DNA from: Azolla caroliniana | Taxonomy: Eukaryota; Plantae; Polypodiophyta | Length of the DNA: 64,000 nucleotides | Direction: 5' to 3' | Assembly (NCBI GenBank): GCA_043228905.1 | Contig: JBHGNT010000002.1 | Coordinates: 25,916,001-25,980,000, forward strand | Shown here: piece by piece, positions 1 through 11,259 of the stretch | How the letters are laid out: each line of letters begins with the position of its first letter | How positions within the stretch are numbered: the first letter of the stretch is position 1 | The notes under the pieces: model-generated | What the model saw: only the letters and a program-made list of their open reading frames with translations | What the model was told of the DNA's origin: nothing | The model's database searches: none | Translations under genes and position numbers: made by a program

Positions 1-169
1 GACACACACAGGCACATAGTAAAAAAGTTGCAAACTATGGATTCACACACACTCACAAACAACTCAACAGTGGTGTGTTGGGGTTTTGTACATGGCGGGT
101 TTGCCGATTAGGACACACACATGCACATAGTTAAAATGTTGCAAACTATGGATTCACACACACTCACAA
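1..169. repeat. Two direct copies of a ~58-bp motif (1-58 and 112-169)
   Basis: gacacacac..gcacatagt..aaa.gttgcaaactatggattcacacacactcacaa occurs twice. Confidence 0.8.
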
Positions 170-181
170 TAGCTCTCCTCT

Positions 182-532
182 CTGCATATATAAAAAGAGA
201 GTACGCGAACAAGAGGGTATTTCTAGTGTAGTAATGAGTGGTCGGACAACGCGTCATGAGGCATTGTTGCATATATAAAAAGAGAGTACGTGAAAGAGAG
301 GGTATTTGTGGTGTAGTAATGAGTGGTCGGACAACACGTCATGAGGCATTGTTGCATATATAAAAAGAGAGTACGTGAAAGAGAGGGTATTTGTGGTGTA
401 GTAATGAGTGGTCGGACAACACGTCATGAGGCATTGTTGCATATATAAAAAGAGAGTACATGAAAGAGAGGGTATTTGTGGTGTAGTAATGAGGAGTAGT
501 CGGACACCGCGTCATGAGGCATTGTTGCATAC
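182..532. repeat. 85-bp tandem repeat (minisatellite), ~4 copies
   Basis: Unit gtcatgaggcattgttgcatatataaaaagagagtacgtgaaagagagggtatttgtggtgtagtaatgagtggtcggacaacac repeats at 85-nt spacing with near-identical copies. Confidence 0.95.
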
Positions 533-672
533 GCCTCATGGCAAGTGAATTGGATGGGTAAGTGGAGACTTGATCCTCTCCCTAATGGGAACCCAGTTTG
601 CTCACTTCTCTATTAATCCACACATATCCTCTTAATGCCAACCACAATGGAATGTAGGGGTTGAACCCATTA

Positions 673-781
673 CTAGATAATGCCACTGTGGTGTGAATGC
701 AAGGGGGGCGGGGGTGAACCGAGGACCTCGTGGTCTCCATTGGGCAACCTTACCAACTGAGCTACATCCATCTGGGGGCAT
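673..781 (-). mobile_element. tRNA-derived short repeat (SINE-like), copy 1, with a partial extra 3' end at ~636-671
   Basis: Minus strand has A-box TAGCTCAGTTGG and a degenerate B-box. It shares ggtctccattgggcaaccttaccaactgagctacatcca with 30805-30897. Confidence 0.7.
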
Positions 782-1051
782 GCATGCTCTTTTGTACCTT
801 AATATTATGGTTGTGTATTCACATTAGACAATAATGATAAGAGATGGGCCTCTGGTTCTCCTTAATTACGAGGATGGCCCTCGGGCTTCTCTCCTCTTTT
901 AACTTAACTTATCATTACGAGAAGAAGAAGAAGAAAAACGAAGATACTGAACTGAGCAGAAGAAGAAGAAGAAGTTTTAAATACATACATAAAAATAAGA
1001 AAGAAACAAGAGGAACAAAAAATGTAGCCGTTAAAACTCACAAAAAGACAT

Positions 1052-1085
1052 AACACACACACACACACACACAGAGCAGCAGAGA

Positions 1086-1117
<32 letters not shown>

Positions 1118-1310
1118 CACACACACACACACAAACAGAGCAGAGAGAGAGAGAGAGAGAGATAGAGAGAGAGAGACACACACACACACACACACACACA
1201 AACAGAGCAGAGAGAGAGAGAGAGAGACACACACACACACACAAACAGAGCAGAGAGAGAGAGAGAGAGAGAGAGAGACACACACACACACACACACACA
1301 CAGAACTGAG

Positions 1311-1350
<40 letters not shown>

Positions 1351-1353
1351 GTC
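1052..1353. repeat. Compound (CA)n/(GA)n higher-order microsatellite followed by (CT)n, directly upstream of the long ORF
   Basis: Repeated blocks of (ca)n-aacagagc-(ag)n, then (ct)n. Confidence 0.95.
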
Positions 1354-1396
1354 TGTGGTTTCCTTCTGTTTGTTTGTTCTTTCTTTCATTTTGGCT

Positions 1397-4300
1397 ATGG
1401 CGGCCTTCAAGGAAAACCACTATTCCTCTGCCTCTTCCATGAAACCTCCTCCTCTTTCTTCTCATTCTTCCTCCATCTCTCCCTCTATGTCTTCTTCTAT
1501 GTCTTCTTCTTCTTCTTCTTCTGTGTTTTCTTCTGTTTCGAATTCTTCTGCTTCTTCTTCTTCTTCGTTGCGCACCCCTCTGTCTCCCATTCATCACAAC
1601 TGCCTTCCTCCTCCTCCTCCTCCTCCTCCTCTTCTTCTTCGCGAGCATTCTACTCCATCATCATCATCATCGTCAAATTCTTCTTCTTCTTCTTCTCGCA
1701 GATTTCTCAGAGATAATTCGAAGGTCGCCATTCCTCGGACCCCTCTTCCCACTCCTGCTCGTCGCTCCAAGCTCCTCAGAGAATCTGCCGCCGATTCCCG
1801 ATCCTCCAGAGCCTCCCTCAAAGATCGTTTTGTTCATCTCCCTCCCCCTCCTCCCTCTGTTTTCTCTTCCTCTTCTTCCTCGCTCTTTTCATCTGTTTAT
1901 TCGTCTTCTTCGTCTGTTTCTGTTTCTTCTACATCCGTTTCTTCGATGGCGATGATGCGAAGCAAGAGCGCTGCATGTGTCCCTCCTCGCCCCCCTCAGA
2001 GAACGATTCAATTCAAGGGATCATCATCGCACAATCCGCCTTTTCCTCCTCCCCCTCCTCCTCTTCCTCCTTCCATGGTTATGGCTAACGCACCATCAGG
2101 TGGATCTGATCAGAGATCCATAGAAGCTCATGGGGATGGAGATGGTGATTCTGGACATGGCCATGACCATGGCCATGATAATCATAATCAGAAACCTTGT
2201 CGTAGAAAATGGAGAAGGTTGCCCCGAGAGACTATTCTGAAATCCCTTCGTGGAGAAATCCATGGCTGCGAGGACAGGAAACTAAACATGAATCCTGACC
2301 CTAATCCCATTGCTGTTACCCAGGATATCTTGCCAGGAAAAAATGGGAATCCTTACCCTAATTCTAATCCCATTGCTTCAACACAGTCGATCTTCTCAGG
2401 GAGGAAGGAAAACCCTAATACCATAGTTTCAACGCACCCTTTATTTACAGGAAAGAAAGAGAACCCTAATCCTATCCTCACTTCTGCACAGACGGTCTTT
2501 TCAGTCAAGAAAGGAAACCCTAACCCTAAACCCATTGCTGTGAAGCACGCATTATTTTCGGGAAAGAACAAAAACCTCAACCCAAACCCTGTTGCTGCAG
2601 CACAGAAGACCTTGACTAGCAAGAAAGAGAGCATCAATGTTAACACGAACTCCAGTGTTGCACAGAAGATTTTTACAGGAAAGAAAGAAATTGCTAACCC
2701 TAAGTCCGCAGGAAGTACGATGTTTACAGAAAAGAAAGAAAGCCTTAAACTTAACCCTCAACTTTCTTCAACAGGTCCATCTCTGACCTCCGCAACCGCA
2801 GAGGAGATCTTTACAGGGAAGAAAGAAAACTCCAGTCCTAATCCTGTTACAAACATTGCATTTGAATCCAAGAAAAGCAGGTACCCCAGCGATTCCGAGA
2901 AAGATAATCTAGAAGGAATAGCAGAACAGGCTCAACCCCTTCCTATATCTAAGGAATGCCTAGATTTACAGGTAAAGCCGACAGAAACCTCAACTCGGGT
3001 TGAAGAAGCATTCAGAGGGTCACTAGTAGAAAAGAATCCTTCACAGGATTCTAGTTGTGTAAGAGATCAAACCCTAACTCCAACTTCAGCTTTTTGTGAC
3101 AGAGACCAAACACTAACCCAAAGTCTTACTGCATCAACGTTTGACGGAGACCAAACTGTAACCCTCATCCCGTCATCTTGTGAAAGAGACAAAACCCTAA
3201 CTCTATCCTTTGACAAGAAGGAAGCTCTAAAAGCACATTTGGACAAAGATGAAACTATAACCGTATCCCCATCATCTCTTGAAAGACATCAGACTCTTAC
3301 CCTTACCCTAACTCCATCACATTGTAACAGCGACCAAACACTAACTCTAACTCCACCCCCGGAGAAAAGCTCGAATTCTACATCGCCTGCCGAAAGCAAG
3401 CAAACTCCTCCAATGCAGTCCACACAGTCTCCCGACTTTGTGAAGCGAGAAGGAATGAGAGCCCTGCTACCAATCGATGCAGAGAATTGTTGCTACGCTG
3501 TTGCACCCTGTGGGTTAGTGAAGGATCGAAGGAAATGTAAACCTCGGGGTGTTTTAACTGTAGATGGAATGATGATGGTTGAAGATGCTGTTCCACAGAT
3601 GTCATTAGGGTTTGATAACATTGATGATGGCGATTGTGGTGCTAGTGTTAGTGCTAGTGATGATTGTGATTGTGATTGTGATGGTGATGGTGATGGTGAT
3701 GATGATATGCCTGCCCAAACAAAGTTATTGCCTACCCCAGCTGTTGCATCCGTTGAGTGGATGCTCGAAGGACACAAGAATTTGGGCACGGAAAATTCGT
3801 GTGTGGATTTGAGTAGCCAGTGCTTCCAGTCAGCCGAATCGAATGACTTGTGCAGGATGAGCTTCCCGCGGATGTCTCCACCCCAATTTGAAACCTTGCC
3901 CACTGGGTCTGTCAACTCTCCTCGCATGTCACAGTTCCAAGTGTCGTCACCATTGCAAATGTCGGCATTGTATGATCCAGCAGGCACTTTGCTTGGCTAT
4001 CAACAGAATGGACCGAATTCTCTCCCAAATGTACATGACAATGTTGAACCACAAATGGCTAGAAAGGAATGGCATGCCCCTCACGCCTCCATTTCTGTGT
4101 CGGGGTATGAGTGGTCAGCCGCATTGTCTGCCTCTTCTTCTCAAGGTACGATGGTTCACTCTTCTTGCCGCTCCGAGGTCAGTTCTGGAAACCCGAGGCG
4201 ATCCATTGTTTTCACTGATGAAGGCTCGTTTAGCTCGCCGAGGTTTAAATCCAATGTGGTCGATAACGCACTCTTTAATGATAGTATTGTGGATGAGTAT

Positions 4301-5032
4301 GAGCCTTGTTGTGGATTTTCCGAAGATGAAAGTGGTGAAGACCTACTCTTGCAAGAAGAGATGGATCCATCGTTGGAGAGAAGCCCTCCTTTTGAGTACT
4401 CGGTCATGAAATCTTTGAAACACAAGGAGGTGATAAAGGTGGATAATGATGTTGATGAGGATGATTATGGTGGTAAGAGTTCATGGGCCAAATGTCTTCC
4501 AGAAGAAGTGAGTGTTTCCATTTCAGGTCCCTTGAACTCGTCTGTTTTGTCATCCGTAGACCAAGAATTGGGCAACGAGACATTGAGATGTCCGGCCGGA
4601 CAAACGCTTGTCTGTTTCCGAGGCGAGACGAACGCTTTGCGGTGCAGGGAGCACAAGCCTCTCGACATTGCCGCGGAGCTTTATAATGCAGCTGCTGCGA
4701 GAGGCCAGGACGGGGACATTACTTCGAGGATTGCTATGGCTAGGTTCTTGTGTAATATCACTGCCACATATTTGGATGATATCGCATCGTGTTTGGTGAA
4801 GGGACAGGGAGATGATATGGATTTGGGGAGGATAACGAATGAATCAGTAGAGTTTCATGGATTGAGGAATGAGCATTCCTCGATGTTGGCTGGGACGAAG
4901 AAAATGGCCGAGTGTTGCTCTTTGCTACAAGATCTTAGCCTCGGAGCATCGAAATTGAGGAATAGCAGGGGTTTGCCATCAGAATGCAACCTCTTACTTC
5001 AGCAAAAGGATGAGACTAATGACATTCTTTAG
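1397..5032 (+). CDS. Intronless ~1211-aa Ser/Pro-rich, largely low-complexity protein of unknown function
   Basis: Uninterrupted 3.6-kb ORF in AT-rich DNA. The first ATG is at 1397 in good plant context (gctATGGCG); the ORF track starts at an upstream GTG. It has internal peptide repeats ([11 protein letters not shown], RDQTLT) and a CT-rich leader. No recognisable catalytic domain. Confidence 0.8.
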   Translation: MAAFKENHYSSASSMKPPPLSSHSSSISPSMSSSMSSSSSSSVFSSVSNSSASSSSSLRTPLSPIHHNCLPPPPPPPPLLLREHSTPSSSSSSNSSSSSSRRFLRDNSKVAIPRTPLPTPARRSKLLRESAADSRSSRASLKDRFVHLPPPPPSVFSSSSSSLFSSVYSSSSSVSVSSTSVSSMAMMRSKSAACVPPRPPQRTIQFKGSSSHNPPFPPPPPPLPPSMVMANAPSGGSDQRSIEAHGDGDGDSGHGHDHGHDNHNQKPCRRKWRRLPRETILKSLRGEIHGCEDRKLNMNPDPNPIAVTQDILPGKNGNPYPNSNPIASTQSIFSGRKENPNTIVSTHPLFTGKKENPNPILTSAQTVFSVKKGNPNPKPIAVKHALFSGKNKNLNPNPVAAAQKTLTSKKESINVNTNSSVAQKIFTGKKEIANPKSAGSTMFTEKKESLKLNPQLSSTGPSLTSATAEEIFTGKKENSSPNPVTNIAFESKKSRYPSDSEKDNLEGIAEQAQPLPISKECLDLQVKPTETSTRVEEAFRGSLVEKNPSQDSSCVRDQTLTPTSAFCDRDQTLTQSLTASTFDGDQTVTLIPSSCERDKTLTLSFDKKEALKAHLDKDETITVSPSSLERHQTLTLTLTPSHCNSDQTLTLTPPPEKSSNSTSPAESKQTPPMQSTQSPDFVKREGMRALLPIDAENCCYAVAPCGLVKDRRKCKPRGVLTVDGMMMVEDAVPQMSLGFDNIDDGDCGASVSASDDCDCDCDGDGDGDDDMPAQTKLLPTPAVASVEWMLEGHKNLGTENSCVDLSSQCFQSAESNDLCRMSFPRMSPPQFETLPTGSVNSPRMSQFQVSSPLQMSALYDPAGTLLGYQQNGPNSLPNVHDNVEPQMARKEWHAPHASISVSGYEWSAALSASSSQGTMVHSSCRSEVSSGNPRRSIVFTDEGSFSSPRFKSNVVDNALFNDSIVDEYEPCCGFSEDESGEDLLLQEEMDPSLERSPPFEYSVMKSLKHKEVIKVDNDVDEDDYGGKSSWAKCLPEEVSVSISGPLNSSVLSSVDQELGNETLRCPAGQTLVCFRGETNALRCREHKPLDIAAELYNAAAARGQDGDITSRIAMARFLCNITATYLDDIASCLVKGQGDDMDLGRITNESVEFHGLRNEHSSMLAGTKKMAECCSLLQDLSLGASKLRNSRGLPSECNLLLQQKDETNDIL

Positions 5033-5584
5033 GGTGAGTTCGTGGTGTTGATAAGAGAGGAGTATATGCAATCCTTTTTTAAAGCCAAAGTAATCATTTC
5101 AGTGTGTGGATTTGTTAGTTGTCATCAATGCAATGTCTTTTATTCACTCCGTTTGCTCGATTCAAAGCAATCACATGTAAATATCCCAAATGGATTTACT
5201 TACATGGATTTACTTACATGCTAATGAGACCTGATGGCAATGTCCTAATAATAGTTGGATATGAGAGTAATTTGTGTAATGGAATGTTGAAGGTTTGTTT
5301 TTTCATCACAAAATAGGATCACGGAAACAAATTTATTTGAAGTTTGTTGAGGCGAAGATATTGATATTTCCTGTCATTAATATATACATATATCCTACCA
5401 TTTTCCCCTTTTTTTGTGATTGCTTTTTGCTGAATGTAGACATGTATTAATGTTAATGTATGGAACTTCTGTATTCATAGAGTATTGCAGACATTCTAAA
5501 ATCACAGTCAAGTAGATAAAACTTCTTTGGTAAGGTTGAACTCGTATTTGATAGACTTTTTGGCATGTGTCTTGTAGTTCTCCG

Positions 5585-5732
5585 ACTCTTGATACTCCAA
5601 AATCCTGTTACCTTTGCAAGTCCATAAAGGACGTGTTTCCTAAGCTTGATTCCAATTCCTAAAACATCTTGACACTCCAAAATCTTTCTTACCCTGGAAA
5701 ATTCATGAAGGACATGTTTCCTGAGCTTGCTT
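5585..5732. repeat. Two ~80-bp degenerate direct repeats
   Basis: tcttga.actccaaaatc...ggac.tgtttcct.agcttg occurs twice. Confidence 0.65.
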
Positions 5733-6769
5733 GTCATGGAACATACAAACTCTTAATTACTAATTGCTTTTATGTCAAATTGTCTCAAATTGCTTCCATT
5801 ACTTGATGCACAGGATGTCTTATGCACAGAGTCATAGATGAAACTGAGATTTTGACCAAGAACATGGGGGTCAGATGCAATACGAGGCTGCGAGACGAGG
5901 AATGTACTCTCATGAATGACTTAACAGTTATTTGAGAGCCATGACTTGAATAGCTTGCATGGCCAATCAATACCCAATTAAGCATACCAAATGTTGAGGA
6001 CTGAACAGCAAAGCTCATTTTGAGCATTCAAATTGACTTAAAATTAGCTAGGAGAATGTAGTTAATTGACTTGCTCAATTAAGTAGCTTGTAGGACTAGT
6101 CAAATCTCATTCTAGCATTCCAAGTTTTGAGAGCTCGAGAGCAAAGCTCATTATGATATTTGAATTGACATGTCTTATCTTCCTTTCACTTGCTTGTGTC
6201 ACAATTCTGATACATTTTATCTTCTAATTTTTACAAAAGATGATGCATTTGAGGAAAAAATGAGAGTTTATCGGTCACTATCCATGTTATCCATTGTCAT
6301 TTCATGGAAGAGAAATGAGATGAATTGATGAAAATCTATAATACTTATCTTTACCTTTTGAAAAATGTCATTAATGTTGAAGGTTATTTGAGTTACAAGT
6401 GCCTTTAAAACTGTTTTGTAAATTTATTGTGATTTATTCAAGTGCCTTTGGTAACTTAATGTCGCGAACTCTAGCTCACGTCTCTTGAAAGTACTAACCC
6501 TCACTAAGAAGGCCATTAATGCCTTACGTAGGTTCAAGTGCTTGATACATACATAAGAAAAAAATTACTAGCAATGAAACTAATGACACTTAAATTAAAG
6601 AGGTAACCACAACACATACAAGAGGAGTGATTAGGGTTTGGCTAAGTAACAACTAACACTAATCACTCACAAGCATAGCAAAAAGTGTGTATGTGTGTGT
6701 GAGAGAGTGAGCTTATGTCAAACAACAAGATCAACATTTCGTAATCCAAAAGATTATACCTTAATTTGG

Positions 6770-7190
6770 GATAAGTTGCAAGAATTACCTACTCCGTATG
6801 AGCCAATTCCTTATTTAGATGGGGGGTTTTCAAGAGCTTAATTTGAAGTTTGTTGGAAATAGGAGATTGACTATGATCTCAACAAACCATGCTTATCACA
6901 AGTTGAATGACAAACATAAGTGGATGGAAGCAAGGGTTACAAAGATATGGGGTTTTTGCAAGCCCATTACCTGGTGGTTTTATGTGAACAAGGCAGGTTA
7001 GTCTTCTTGATTGATGCTCCGAGCAAAGGTATTCATTTGGAGAGTTATAGTTGAAGCTTTACCATTGGGGGATGCATTAAAAAAAAGAAATATTGCTAGA
7101 GGAATGTGTTTATTTTGTTTGGTGGAATTGGAACATAGAAGGCATTGAGTTCTTTTTTTTTCCCTCTAAAGAGATACGCCTTGGTATTAT
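6770..7190 (+). mobile_element. Degenerate L1-type LINE 3' fragment (zf-RVT region)
   Basis: Translation from ~7025 gives KVFIWRVIVEALPLGDALKKRNIARGMCLFCLVELEHRRH, which fits the CxxC...E...H zf-RVT pattern of plant LINE ORF2. Confidence 0.65.
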
Positions 7191-7744
7191 AAAATCATAA
7201 AAAATACAAAAGTTGTGTTGGATAAAGGTTTATACCAACCGGCTCCATTGTGCTCACATCATAGCCGATTTGATTTGTATACACCATATCTCCCAGATTT
7301 TTATGGTCTATTCCTCCCAAACTACAACTAAGCATGCAATGTAACCTATACCACCAACATTTGTAGCAACAGAGTCCGTAAACAAAGTTAGTAGACATTG
7401 TTTCCCAAAATGATAGGAACAATATACATCCCTAAAAATGACCATTGAATCCCATAACCTTTTAAAATGCATTTTCTTTCGGAAAATGAGCATTGTGTGT
7501 AAAACTTTCGTACTGACCACATAATGTGTGAATACGTAACAACCAGGATTCAACAATTATAACAAAAACATCATGAATGACGTGGTCAAAGACTGATGTA
7601 CGATGGCTTCCAAATTACCCACATCAGAATAGATGAAATTGTCTTCCAAATAATATCATCCCCAAATTACAAACTATCAATTAGAAAAGGTTGAGCTATG
7701 TGAAAGTCTTCCACTATATCCTCCTTTTTATATAACAACAATTG

Positions 7745-7865
7745 TGTTAGGAACAATATTAAGACAGAGAAGTACTATCAGGAACAATACTAAGACAGAG
7801 AAGGAATTAGTACTAAAAGATGAGGATTAGTACTAAGGGAGGTGTAGAACTCTCGAGAGAAGGAA

Positions 7866-7904
<39 letters not shown>

Positions 7905-8195
7905 TGATAACAAAATATTTATATTATGTTAAGAGAATATACAATAGTAGCTAGGAGGCTTAAGACTGGTGTTGAACCGATTTGGTTCGAAATAATGCCT
8001 TCTGCCTCCATTTATAGTGTTCTCAAGAGTACTCTTGAAGTTTCTAGAATGTTCCAGAGAAATATGGAATATACATCAATCTTCTATTGTAAAACTTAAA
8101 TAAAAATAATATTTTGTGTATTACAACATATAGTCTAATGGTTAAGAGCTTGACCCATGTAACATAAGGTCATGGGTTCGAGTCTTGCCATGACA
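7745..8195 (-). mobile_element. LTR in minus orientation, with PPT-like tract on its right side
   Basis: Termini TGTTAG...TGACA. Minus strand has a TATA (CTATAAAT ~8010-8017) and a polyA-like AATATAAA (~7920). Minus-strand purine tract AAAGGAAGGATAA abuts the TGTCA end. Confidence 0.6.
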
Positions 8196-8224
8196 TTATC
8201 CTTCCTTTAAAACGACGAGTCCTT

Positions 8225-8258
<34 letters not shown>

Positions 8259-8304
8259 CCTTCCTTTCTTCTCCTTGAGAATCTTGGCAAACGTTATCCT
8301 CTCC

Positions 8305-9419
8305 ATGGAGTCAGTTAGAAAGCAAGAGTATGTTCGTGTCGTCTCTGAACTAGAGCATCTCGCAAATAAGTTTGTGGCGTTAGAACAAGAGAATCAACAA
8401 TTGCTTGGAGATTTGCAACAAGTAAGCATAGAAAATGCACAACAATATGATGAGTTATCGACACGTGTATTGCAACTCGAAACAACATTGTGGTGTCTTC
8501 ATCAACAAGCTTCAAACTGAAGATTTGTTTGCCTAGGAAGTTCGATGGTAATCGATCACAATTTTGAGGGTTTCTAAACCAAGTATGTCTAGTAATTTAT
8601 ATGCACCCTAATAGGTATCCGACTGATGCAGCTCAAGTTGGACTAGTTGGGACCCTCTTAACAGGAACTGCATTAGCGTGGTCTGCACCACTGCTAGAAA
8701 ATAAGTCTCCTCTTCTCCAAGACTTTGAAGGTTTTATTAGAGGTTTTCAAGCAAACTTTGGAGAGACTGATAGTGTTAGAACAATGATTAACAAGATTCG
8801 AAGATTGCGTCAAGGGGACCGTCCTGCCTCTGCCTTTGCCACAGATTTCTGCCTCCTAGCTTGTGATATTCCGTGGGATGAAGAAGCCTTAATGGATCAA
8901 TTTCTCTATGGACCAAGAAATGATGTAAAGGATTTGCTATTAACTTTTCATGAAGATCCAAGATCACTTACAGAAGTGATAAGTCGTGCAGTGCGATGTG
9001 ACAACCGCTTATTCAAGCGACATTCGGAGCGTCAATTAATGTCACGACCAAGAATGGATCAAACATATGCTTCGGTAGTAGCCTCGACACCTACGAGCAC
9101 TACCCAAACTTCACACACGATTCCATTAGATGATTCAAGTCCAATGGAGATCGATGTAACACATCGTCGAGGGCCTTTATTTGAAGTTGACAAGCAAAGA
9201 CGTCGAGCAAACCGTCTATGTTTGTATTGTGGTGGTCCAGGACACATCGCAATCACATGCCCACATAGGCCAAAACGATAAGTAAATCAAGTAAGTATTA
9301 GCGAGAATCTTCATTCCAATTCTCCAGTTAGATCGTCTAGCCCTAGTAGTCCTACGTGTCATGGTCAATCCAATAGTTTTGAAGTCTTGAGTCAACTTGA
9401 TGAAATATTAAATGAATAA
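8305..9419 (+). mobile_element. gag: Ty3/gypsy (chromovirus/Tcn1-like) gag, disrupted
   Basis: Coiled-coil N-terminus (8305-8520), then PRKFDGNRSQF*GFLNQV, the Retrotrans_gag core (LLTGTALAW...LRQG), PMEID, and CCHC knuckle CLYCGGPGHIAITC. Contains stops and a frameshift. Confidence 0.85.
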
Positions 9420-9499
9420 GTCTGACCAAATTTGGTGCCATTTGGTTGGACAATCTTGAATACGTAAAGTCAACCCCAAGTAGTGGTTCCATTTTATTG

Positions 9500-9735
9500 A
9501 ATCATGTTAGTTGAGTTTTTTCAGCACAAGTTGGACGATCACCTTGACGTAATCGTCGGATTTTGTTGATTGTTGTCCTTATGTTGTCAGTATCTCCAAA
9601 ACAGGCTTTAAACTCACTTAAAAACTCTTCAAAATTGTTTAGTAAAGGAGATTCCTTTTCTAACAACGCAGCGAACCATGACAAAGCGGAGCCACTTAAC
9701 AATGTGCCTACTAAACCCACTCGTGATGCATTTTA
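9500..9735 (-). mobile_element. gag: Second gag fragment of the same family in opposite orientation
   Basis: GLVGTLLSGSALSWFAALLEKESPLLNNFEEF...INKIRRLRQGDRP is clearly homologous to the 8601-9281 ORF. Confidence 0.85.
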
Positions 9736-10245
9736 CTCCGGTTGGTGTTATGATAGGAGTAAACGGAAGAACGTCTCAGGGAGATTGTTACTATTTTGAT
9801 GCATATGAGGAAGAAAGATGATGGCAAACTGATGTGGAATCGTCAATTTGGCAAACAACATTGCAACATCCAATGAGAGTGGTTGGTAAATCTGGTAAAA
9901 GGTGAATTTCAAACCAAACATGCACAAAAGAAGGTGACCAATTAGAGAGAAAATTCACTAAAGATAACTGAATTGCATCAAACATAGCTCTAAAACCCCT
10001 ACTTGTGTTGTGTTCCCCTTCCCTTGGGTCCACCATCGTCTTTGGTACCAATACTAAAGTCTTCAAGTGTCCCGAGATATGTAAACAAGTATTGAATACA
10101 TCATTTTTGCCCAATGTGAATTACGAGCCACTTCAATGAAGTTGTCTAGCCCACATATGACCATTATTCTCATCATGAAAGTGTAGTATTGTTGCGCCAT
10201 TTAAGCATTGTGGCTAAACCACTCAACTAGATTCTCCTCACGAGT

Positions 10246-10285
10246 TGTAAACGTTAGTGTTTGCAGAAGCGTAAAGACAGAGAAC

Positions 10286-10347
<62 letters not shown>

Positions 10348-10677
10348 AGAACGCAATTTCAAAATTATATCAAGACTCTGCATTTACACACTGTGCTAAG
10401 TAGCACTATTTATACAAGTCCACTTGGGACTGACAGAAGTACCATGTACTTCAATGCTCACACGAGCATCTGACACTTACTACGAGACTATAGATACCTA
10501 GTAGTCTATCCTATTCTAGGCTTCCGATTGGACAACTGGTTACAGATTGCACCCGGCCTCCACTGCTTGCCGGTTCGGTTGCTCACTGTCATACCGATCC
10601 GTTTCGCCCGATCCGTCTCCCTTACCGGCTCCGACTTATTCAGCCGATCCGGCTCCGGTTGAGCTTGCCGCTCAACA
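10246..10677 (-). repeat. 3' LTR of copia element
   Basis: Matches 15778-16189 apart from ~9 substitutions, a 2-bp indel and a changed (GA)n tract (counted by eye). Confidence 0.97.
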
Positions 10678-11259
10678 CTCCCCCTCAAGCTCAACCTGAG
10701 GTGGGGTCGTAGTGTCGACTTCTGTGGCAGTCGGTTCTTTCAACCGACTTCTCCTGGCGTCACTCCGCCTTGCTCGTGCTCCTCGTTTGGTCCGGTCCCG
10801 TTTGCCGCGACCCCTTTGGTTCTGCGCGCCTCGACCCTCTCGGTCGGCATGTCTGCTCAATAGGCCCATCTCAGTAGTCACGTTGCTGTGACTCCGGCGC
10901 TTGCCGATCCGTTGGTTTTCCCACGATGGCATCGACTTCCGTTGTGTCCGTGTCCCCTTGGCCTTCAGTCGATCCGACTCATCTGGATCCATCTGCTGAT
11001 TCGAGTCGGCTGTCTCCGACTCGTTCCAGCTCTTGTCCGAATCGGTACACTCCGATTCGACTTCCGGCTTCAGGCCTCTCACCACATCGGACCACTTCCG
11101 TGTCTTGGCCTTCTCCATGCTTCCCTCGGCTTCTTCAGCCGGTGAACCGAAATCGAATTCTTCATTCGACTCCGCATCATGGTCAGTACCGTCGTGATGA
11201 CCTCCGCACAACATGCACTTCTCTTCCTGAGTGCACAACTCTTCTTCACAGCCGCTTGC
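10672..11259 (-). CDS. Extra in-frame ORF downstream of copia pol (charged, with CxxC-GGHH motif)
   Basis: Same frame as pol and separated from it only by the TGA at 11260-11262. Open until a TGA inside the 3' LTR. Confidence 0.5.
   Translation of the reverse strand, partial: ASGCEEELCTQEEKCMLCGGHHDGTDHDAESNEEFDFGSPAEEAEGSMEKAKTRKWSDVVRGLKPEVESECTDSDKSWNESETADSNQQMDPDESDRLKAKGTRTQRKSMPSWENQRIGKRRSHSNVTTEMGLLSRHADREGRGAQNQRGRGKRDRTKRGARARRSDARRSRLKEPTATEVDTTTPPQVELEGEC

Noticed and set aside
182-532. Regular 85-bp repeats resembling a CRISPR array
   Set aside because: Whole units are near-identical with no unique spacers, there are no cas genes, and the context is eukaryotic
904-1648. Minus-strand ORFs rich in CV/SL/RE/R runs
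   Set aside because: These are translations of microsatellites and the antisense of the Ser/Pro-rich gene
7195-7740. Possible gypsy integrase relic (FWETMSTNFVYGL)
   Set aside because: A single weak motif that could not be extended
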